Virus record (IMG/VR): IMGVR_UViG_3300021164_000915
Length of the DNA: 64,000 nt
Direction: 5' to 3' (one strand)
Origin: an uncultured virus (IMG/VR IMGVR_UViG_3300021164_000915)
Lineage: Duplodnaviria; Heunggongvirae; Uroviricota; Caudoviricetes
Part shown: in pieces, positions 59,428-64,000 of the stretch
Numbering within the stretch: the first letter of the stretch is position 1
Layout of the letters: each line of letters starts with the position of its first letter
Translations under genes and position numbers: made by a program
The notes under the pieces: generated by a model
Told to the model about the DNA's origin: nothing
What the model saw: the letters and a program-made list of their open reading frames with translations, nothing else
Database searches by the model: none

Positions 59428-59752
59428 GAACACACTTCAATTGATTAGTGATATAACAGAGTTCAATGACCTACATGAGTATATGCAAGATGAGCACTTA
59501 GACAAAGCACTGGCTATTGTTGTAAAGCTATTGATGACACCAGATGTCCCCTCAGCAAAAGCCCCTATGCTTATTATGGAACTTCAAGCAATGTCTACCA
59601 AGTTTGCCGTAATGTCTTCTGTGTATTCAACTATTGCTAAGGATAAAGCGGGAACCGTAAATAACAATAAGAAAAACGTTTACTATTCAGTAAAGGAGTC
59701 CATAGACAAACTTGTAGATGCACTTAAGTATGTCGTTAGGTACAACTCATAA
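59414..59752 (+). CDS. Hypothetical helical protein
   Basis: GAGG RBS before ATG 59414. Confidence 0.65.
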   Translation: MAEDKNTLQLISDITEFNDLHEYMQDEHLDKALAIVVKLLMTPDVPSAKAPMLIMELQAMSTKFAVMSSVYSTIAKDKAGTVNNNKKNVYYSVKESIDKLVDALKYVVRYNS

Positions 59753-60544
59753 ATGGCTAGAGATATTGTAAAGAACCTTAAGTTTAAAAAGCATACTGGA
59801 AAGTTCTTTGATCCAGAAAAGTTTGCCTCATTACTTGACGAGTCATATCGCAATACCAAGAGAGCAGACGGACAGATGACAAAGAAGTCATTTAGCCCAA
59901 GCTCACTTGGTTATGGACATGGAACGTGTCCCAGATATTGGTACATGGCATTTTCTGGTGCAGTATTTATTGATGACAATGATGCGGTTGCAGTTGCTAA
60001 TATGGCACAGGGAACTCAAGCCCACGAAAGATTACAAAAGCTTATCTCTACTATGCCAGAGTGGAGAGCAGAAGAAGAAGAAATTATTAATGAGTATCCT
60101 CCAATTAGAGGCTTTATAGATTTAATTATGGAGTATGATGGCGAGACTGTAATTGGTGAAATCAAAACGGCAAAGCAAGAAGTTTGGGATACAAGACAAT
60201 CAGAGATGAAGTCATCAGCAAACCATATGCTTCAGCTATTAACCTATATGAAATTAAAAAATGCCAAAGAGGGATTTTTCCTGTATGAAAACAAGAACAC
60301 TCAAGAGATATTGATTATTCCAATTTCAATGAATGAAAAGAATAAAGCGATTATTGAAGAAGCATTTGCTTGGATGGAGCAGGTCTGGGATAACTTTCAA
60401 AATGGAGACCTACCAGTAAGACCAGCAGGTAGCTCAAAGTCAAAAATGCCTTGCACGTACTGCCCAGTCAAAAAAGCTTGCTACGATAAATCTGGACCAA
60501 CTGGAACAGTCCAAATAGAACTATATCAGGTGCCTAAGATATGA
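59753..60544 (+). CDS. Cas4-like PD-(D/E)xK exonuclease
   Basis: CPRYW, GT..HE, GFID..GEIKT, QLLTY, C-terminal CTYCP...C. Confidence 0.8.
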   Translation: MARDIVKNLKFKKHTGKFFDPEKFASLLDESYRNTKRADGQMTKKSFSPSSLGYGHGTCPRYWYMAFSGAVFIDDNDAVAVANMAQGTQAHERLQKLISTMPEWRAEEEEIINEYPPIRGFIDLIMEYDGETVIGEIKTAKQEVWDTRQSEMKSSANHMLQLLTYMKLKNAKEGFFLYENKNTQEILIIPISMNEKNKAIIEEAFAWMEQVWDNFQNGDLPVRPAGSSKSKMPCTYCPVKKACYDKSGPTGTVQIELYQVPKI

Positions 60545-60819
60545 TTTGTTCTAATAAAGAATGCGCTAAAGACTTTGAATCCAAGACACACAACCAGAAG
60601 TATTGTTCTGACGAGTGCTGCAGAGTTGCAACAAACAAAAGAATTATGCAAAAATACTACGAGAAAAAAGCAATTAAAAAAGGTGCAGTAAGGCTATGCA
60701 AAAAATGCAAGGCTCAGCTTAGCAGGTATAACTCTGACGACATATGTTCTTCTTGCGTAAAAGAAACAAATTTAAAATCAAGAAAGCTTTTGAAAGACAT
60801 TGTAGATGAAATTAGCTAG
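60541..60819 (+). CDS. Cys-rich zinc-finger protein
   Basis: C..C..F......KYCS..C and CKKC...CSSC. Confidence 0.7.
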   Translation: MICSNKECAKDFESKTHNQKYCSDECCRVATNKRIMQKYYEKKAIKKGAVRLCKKCKAQLSRYNSDDICSSCVKETNLKSRKLLKDIVDEIS

Positions 60820-61372
60820 CCTAATAAAGACAAAGGCAAATAGGGTTTTAGGTATAGATGCCTCAACTAACTCTATAGCCTTTTGTTTAATGGAGGACGA
60901 CGTTCCCCTTAAATGGGGAAAGATTAATCTTGTAGGCGAAGACATATATGAAAAAATTCACGACGCTAAAAATAAAATGGCTATGATGTTAGATGAACTT
61001 AAGAGTGATTATATTGCTGTTGAAGGTGCCATACTTGTCAGATCGCCTGATGCTGTGATAAAATTGTCCTATGTCTATGGAGTTGTTATTGCTGAGCTTA
61101 TGTCTACTGGTGCTAAAGTTATTACTATTAGCCCATCCTCGTGGCAGGCGTACATTGGCAACAAAAATCCTACGAAAGATGAGAAGTCTGCAATAAGATT
61201 AGCTAATCCAGGGTATGCTGAATCTTGGTATAAAAATCAGTTAAGAAATATGAGAAAGCAAAGAACTGCTGATTACTTTAATAAAAAATATGGTTTAGAG
61301 ATTGTAGATTTTGATGTTGCAGATAGCTTTGGAATCGCACACTACAGCAACCAGGTGCTTACTAAGCGATGA
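60806..61372 (+). CDS. RuvC-like Holliday junction resolvase
   Basis: VLGIDAS, IAVE, SPSSW, DVADSFGIA. Confidence 0.8.
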   Translation: MKLASLIKTKANRVLGIDASTNSIAFCLMEDDVPLKWGKINLVGEDIYEKIHDAKNKMAMMLDELKSDYIAVEGAILVRSPDAVIKLSYVYGVVIAELMSTGAKVITISPSSWQAYIGNKNPTKDEKSAIRLANPGYAESWYKNQLRNMRKQRTADYFNKKYGLEIVDFDVADSFGIAHYSNQVLTKR

Positions 61373-61515
61373 AGCTTTATCAAAGTAAAGATTGGCTATA
61401 TAGAAGATACATAGTTCAAAAGAAAACAGTTACAGAAATAGGTAAAGAGTGCGGGGTCTCTGCTATGACTATACAGAGATATTTACAAGAGTTTGGATTG
61501 TTAAGAAAAAAATGA
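61369..61515 (+). CDS. 48-aa HTH protein (not in ORF track)
   Basis: MKLYQSKDWLYRRYIVQKKTVTEIGKECGVSAMTIQRYLQEFGLLRKK; ATGA overlaps on both sides. Confidence 0.7.
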   Translation: MKLYQSKDWLYRRYIVQKKTVTEIGKECGVSAMTIQRYLQEFGLLRKK

Positions 61516-61838
61516 GCGAGTACCCAAATAAAGATGGCGGATATCAGGCTTGGATAACAGACCTTCAGTTAATTGCAACAGATGCTCCTTCTGGCCACAA
61601 GATCATTAGAGAGTGTTTAGATATTTCAGAGATGCTTATAAAGAAAAATATCTCATACGGAAACTCAGCATTAGATCCAATTCGCATATTTTCCAAGGCG
61701 GATTCAACAGAACAGATTCGTGTCCGAATTGATGATAAATTAAATAGAATTCAAAACGATAAAGCATTTCCTGGCGATAATGATATTGATGATCTAATTG
61801 GATACCTAATACTTCTTAAAATTGCCAACAAGTCTTAG
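61512..61838 (+). CDS. DUF1599 / nucleotide-modification-associated-domain-like protein
   Basis: KKNISYGNS..VRIDDKLNRI..DLIGY. Confidence 0.65.
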   Translation: MSEYPNKDGGYQAWITDLQLIATDAPSGHKIIRECLDISEMLIKKNISYGNSALDPIRIFSKADSTEQIRVRIDDKLNRIQNDKAFPGDNDIDDLIGYLILLKIANKS

Positions 61839-61865
61839 TCAACTAAAACGTGGTATAATTTAATT

Positions 61866-62414
61866 ATGAGCGAAATAGAGCCAGCGGTACATTTTGACCG
61901 CATGAATAAGGTTGTGGAAGAACTTCTAAAGGGAAATTCTGCAACACAGATAGCAACACTCACTGGGTTCTCTAGAAAAGAAGTCCTGGAATATGTTGAC
62001 GAATGGAAGTCTGTAGTCCATAATGATAGCAATATCCGTGACCGTGCTCGTGAAGCTATCTCTGGAGCAGATCAGCACTATGCGATGCTAATTAAAGAAG
62101 CCTGGAAGACTGTAGAGGATGCGGACACCCAGGGGCAGCTAAGCGTGAAAGCGAGTGCCCTAAAACTAATTGCAGATATTGAAACCAAAAGAATAGCAAT
62201 GCTTCAGTCAGTGGGAGTATTAGAGAATACACAAATAGCATCTCAGATTGCCGAGACAGAACGTAAACAAGAAGTTTTAGTTGGAATTTTAAAAGAGGTT
62301 ACTGCTGGTTGCCCTAAATGTAAAATGGATGTTGCAAAGAGGCTATCTCAGATTACTGGCATAGTTGAGTCAGTAAATATTCACGACGCAGAAGTGATAA
62401 CCAATGTTCAATAA
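61866..62414 (+). CDS. Putative terminase small subunit (HTH + helical)
   Basis: N-terminal HTH (GNSATQIATLTG); near terL. Confidence 0.5.
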   Translation: MSEIEPAVHFDRMNKVVEELLKGNSATQIATLTGFSRKEVLEYVDEWKSVVHNDSNIRDRAREAISGADQHYAMLIKEAWKTVEDADTQGQLSVKASALKLIADIETKRIAMLQSVGVLENTQIASQIAETERKQEVLVGILKEVTAGCPKCKMDVAKRLSQITGIVESVNIHDAEVITNVQ

Positions 62415-63027
62415 AGATTTATTTGAAAAAATTGGCGAAGACATATATGTATATCGTAATTTCATGAGCCCCGAAGAATCTGATTCGGTAACACTGTACC
62501 TAGATAGCCTCCCCCCAGAAGACTACTGGCAGCCGCACCCTGAGAAAAGGTTTAAGGTAATAGAAGAAAAGGGCGTTGAGCGTTTGCAAGAAATTAGATC
62601 TAGGATTCAATCTCTTCTACACGACGGGTATTTTGTTGGCACAAATATTCATCCTCACAAATTATTACAAGGTACTAAAAGATATGCACATTCTGACAAC
62701 TCAGAGTTTCTAGAGGCATCAAAGGCCTCAGCACTTTATGTTGATGGCGAAGAGTTCGACTACGCAGACGGCATTGACATGGGAATGTATATATTCTTTA
62801 ATGATTTTGAAGGCGGAGAATTTTACTATGAGGAGCAAGACATTGTATACAAGCCATTGAAAGGCGACCTGATATTCCATAGTCCAGAAGATCATTGCAA
62901 ACATTCAACTAAAGAAGTTTTAAGTGAAAAGTATTATGCTTGGCCAAATCATATATACCACATGATAAAGGTTCCAAAAGGATATGTTCCGTCTGGCCAC
63001 CCTCTAACTAATTCAATGGGGAGGTAG
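62404..63027 (+). CDS. 2OG-Fe(II) oxygenase
   Basis: YAHSD..FNDFEGGEFYY..KP..GDLIF....H. Confidence 0.75.
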   Translation: MFNKDLFEKIGEDIYVYRNFMSPEESDSVTLYLDSLPPEDYWQPHPEKRFKVIEEKGVERLQEIRSRIQSLLHDGYFVGTNIHPHKLLQGTKRYAHSDNSEFLEASKASALYVDGEEFDYADGIDMGMYIFFNDFEGGEFYYEEQDIVYKPLKGDLIFHSPEDHCKHSTKEVLSEKYYAWPNHIYHMIKVPKGYVPSGHPLTNSMGR

Positions 63028-63028
63028 C

Positions 63029-64000
63029 ATGTCATTTAATTTCTCAGACTTAATTGACATATTGGACGGCGAAGAATTTGAAGAGAAGCCAGTAGATCTT
63101 CGTACATTTGTAAATGACCCTAAGTATTTAGGTCTACCACCGCTTTCAGAATATCAATATATATTAATTGAAAAAAGTTCTCAGATATATAAAGAGTCTA
63201 CTTTAAAAAAATTATTTGGTGAAGATGAAGGCCATATAAGATTTAAACAAACTGCCAATGAAGTTGTAGCTCAATTGGGAAAAGGTTCTGGAAAAGATTA
63301 TTGCTCTACAATTGCCGTGGCGTATATCGTATATTTATTGCTATGCTTAAAAGACCCAGCAACATATTATGGCAAGCCCCCTGGCGACTCAATTGATATT
63401 ATTAATATTGCAATCAACTCACAGCAAGCAACCAACGTATTCTTTAAAGGTTTTAAGAGCCGAATAGATAAATCCCCGTGGTTTATTGGTAAATATTATT
63501 CTAAAGCATCTGAAATTCAATTTAACAAAGCCATAACAGTTCACTCTGGCCACTCAGAAAGAGAAGCCTGGGAAGGATATAACGTTATAGTTGTTATTCT
63601 TGATGAGATTTCTGGTTTTGCTATTGACAATACAACTGGTCACGATCAAGCAAAAACAGGTAGCGCAGTTTATGATATGTATAGAGCATCAGTAGATTCC
63701 CGTTTTCCAGATTTTGGTAAAGTTATTCTTTTATCATTCCCTAGATTTAAGAATGATTACATACAGCAAAGATATGATGCGGTTGTAGGAGAAAAAGAGA
63801 CCGTGGTAAGGGATCATAAATTTAAAATGTATGAAGAGTTGCCAGATGGGACAAGTGGAAATGAATTTGAAATACAGTGGGAAGAAGATCACATTGTATC
63901 TTATAAGATACCTAAAGTTTATGCTCTTAAGAGACCAACCTGGGAAGTTAATCCAGTTAGAAAAATTGACGATTTTAAAACAGCCTTTTATACAAACCCA
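63029..64000 (+). CDS. terL: Terminase large subunit, partial (runs off the window; not in ORF track)
   Basis: GGAGG RBS; hand translation gives Walker A LGKGSGKD, Walker B VVILDE and LLSFPR. Confidence 0.88.
   Translation, partial: MSFNFSDLIDILDGEEFEEKPVDLRTFVNDPKYLGLPPLSEYQYILIEKSSQIYKESTLKKLFGEDEGHIRFKQTANEVVAQLGKGSGKDYCSTIAVAYIVYLLLCLKDPATYYGKPPGDSIDIINIAINSQQATNVFFKGFKSRIDKSPWFIGKYYSKASEIQFNKAITVHSGHSEREAWEGYNVIVVILDEISGFAIDNTTGHDQAKTGSAVYDMYRASVDSRFPDFGKVILLSFPRFKNDYIQQRYDAVVGEKETVVRDHKFKMYEELPDGTSGNEFEIQWEEDHIVSYKIPKVYALKRPTWEVNPVRKIDDFKTAFYTNP

Noticed and set aside
59753..60544. CRISPR-Cas system suggested by the Cas4-like gene
   Set aside because: No other cas genes or array; solo Cas4-like nucleases are common in phage recombination modules
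467..62032. Minus-strand ORFs and alternate-frame plus-strand ORFs in the track (for example 6279-6575, 18186-18821)
   Set aside because: All lie over well-supported plus-strand genes and read as antisense or frame shadows with no recognisable motifs
1..64000. Stop-codon reassignment
   Set aside because: The standard code gives full-length, tightly packed genes ending in TAA, TAG and TGA

Overview
This 64 kb window is a dense, AT-rich, entirely plus-strand segment of a large tailed dsDNA phage, most likely a siphovirus. Gene content and order resemble large actinobacteriophages; a freshwater actinobacterial host is a guess. Layout: (1) 1-15.6 kb, accessory virion and fibre genes interrupted by a protein-modification-like enzyme cluster. 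(2) 16-46.8 kb, portal, prohead protease/scaffold, capsid, neck, major tail protein, tail chaperones with a -1 frameshift, a 4167-aa tape measure protein and tail-tip proteins. (3) 46.9-61.8 kb, replication and recombination genes (DnaB, primase, SSB, DnaE, MazG, RecA, Cas4-like, RuvC-like). (4) Terminase genes running off the right edge. Two candidate systems stand out. The first is an FN3-like protein carrying a (PP[G/S]FF[A/S])8 tandem repeat directly followed by a C-terminal Hint (intein-like) domain; it heads a run of a sulfotransferase-like gene, six 2OG-Fe(II) dioxygenases and a DUF6065-like gene, suggesting a phage-encoded substrate-plus-tailoring-enzyme system. The second is the tape measure protein, built as a string of cargo domains (ADP-ribosyltransferase, CHAP, LysM, HExxH peptidase, lysozyme-like) separated by recurring [FY]xxGG motifs. 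No tRNA, rRNA, CRISPR array, integrase or reverse transcriptase was recognised. All family assignments are from motif recognition by eye and need HMM or structure confirmation.
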